A DNA stretch of 35,248 bases from a virus (taxonomy: Duplodnaviria > Caudoviricetes), in the IMG/VR virus record IMGVR_UViG_3300025671_000227, positions 1 to 35,248 of that record; one strand, given 5' to 3'. Both the position numbers and the translations under genes were made by a program. Shown piece by piece: positions 35,211 through 35,248 of the stretch. The notes beneath the pieces were generated by a model, which did no database searches, was not told the origin of the DNA, and saw only the letters and a program-made list of their open reading frames with translations. Each line of letters opens with the position of its first letter. Position 1 is the first letter of the stretch.

Positions 35211-35248
35211 ATGCTTAAGCGCCAAACCGAAAACAACGTACAAGCTTG
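35211..35248 (+). CDS. Possible start of next gene (truncated by window)
   Basis: ATG 4 nt after previous stop, open to the edge (MLKRQTENNVQA). Confidence 0.35.
   Translation, partial: MLKRQTENNVQA

Noticed and set aside
1-35248. Stop-codon reassignment as in some crAss-like phages
   Set aside because: Standard code gives full-length portal, MCP, TerL and tail genes with dense packing; TAG and TGA both end genes at tight junctions.
1-35248. tRNA genes, integrase, reverse transcriptase/DGR, introns or inteins, virion RNA polymerase
   Set aside because: No cloverleaf, recombinase, RT, intein or RNAP motifs were recognised; TerL, MCP and primase are uninterrupted. They could lie outside the window.

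Overview
A 35 kb segment of a tailed dsDNA phage with podovirus-type (crAss-like / marine Flavobacteria podophage-like) structural genes. The host is almost certainly in Bacteroidota: the TAnnTTTG -7 promoter element precedes most operons. Positions 1-28.8 kb, mostly minus strand, hold the late module, read right to left: GH16-like hydrolase, small accessory genes, tandem GroES-like protein, candidate TerS, HNH, DEDD exonuclease, portal, scaffold, major capsid protein, TerL, tail ring/hub proteins, a NUMOD4-HNH homing endonuclease, a 1360-aa tail stabilisation protein, a cupin and three probable ejection proteins. The last of these runs off the left edge in a GNAT-like domain. Positions 29.1-35.2 kb (plus strand) hold the replication module: HNH, Cas4-like nuclease, DUF3127 SSB-like protein and an AEP primase-SF4 helicase. 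The most unusual element lies between portal and scaffold (21190-21570): a small AT-rich gene bracketed by two attC-like hairpin sites that show the cross-complementarity of an integrated integron cassette. A promoter abuts the upstream site, and the start codon lies inside that site's loop, in frame with the G|TT crossover. Other notable points: a homing endonuclease whose N-terminus copies that of the downstream tail gene, one small beta-domain inserted three times into two tail proteins, a signal-peptide protein inside the tail operon, a structured non-coding block at the strand switch, and apparent complete GATC avoidance. All protein calls come from motif recognition by eye; no searches were run.
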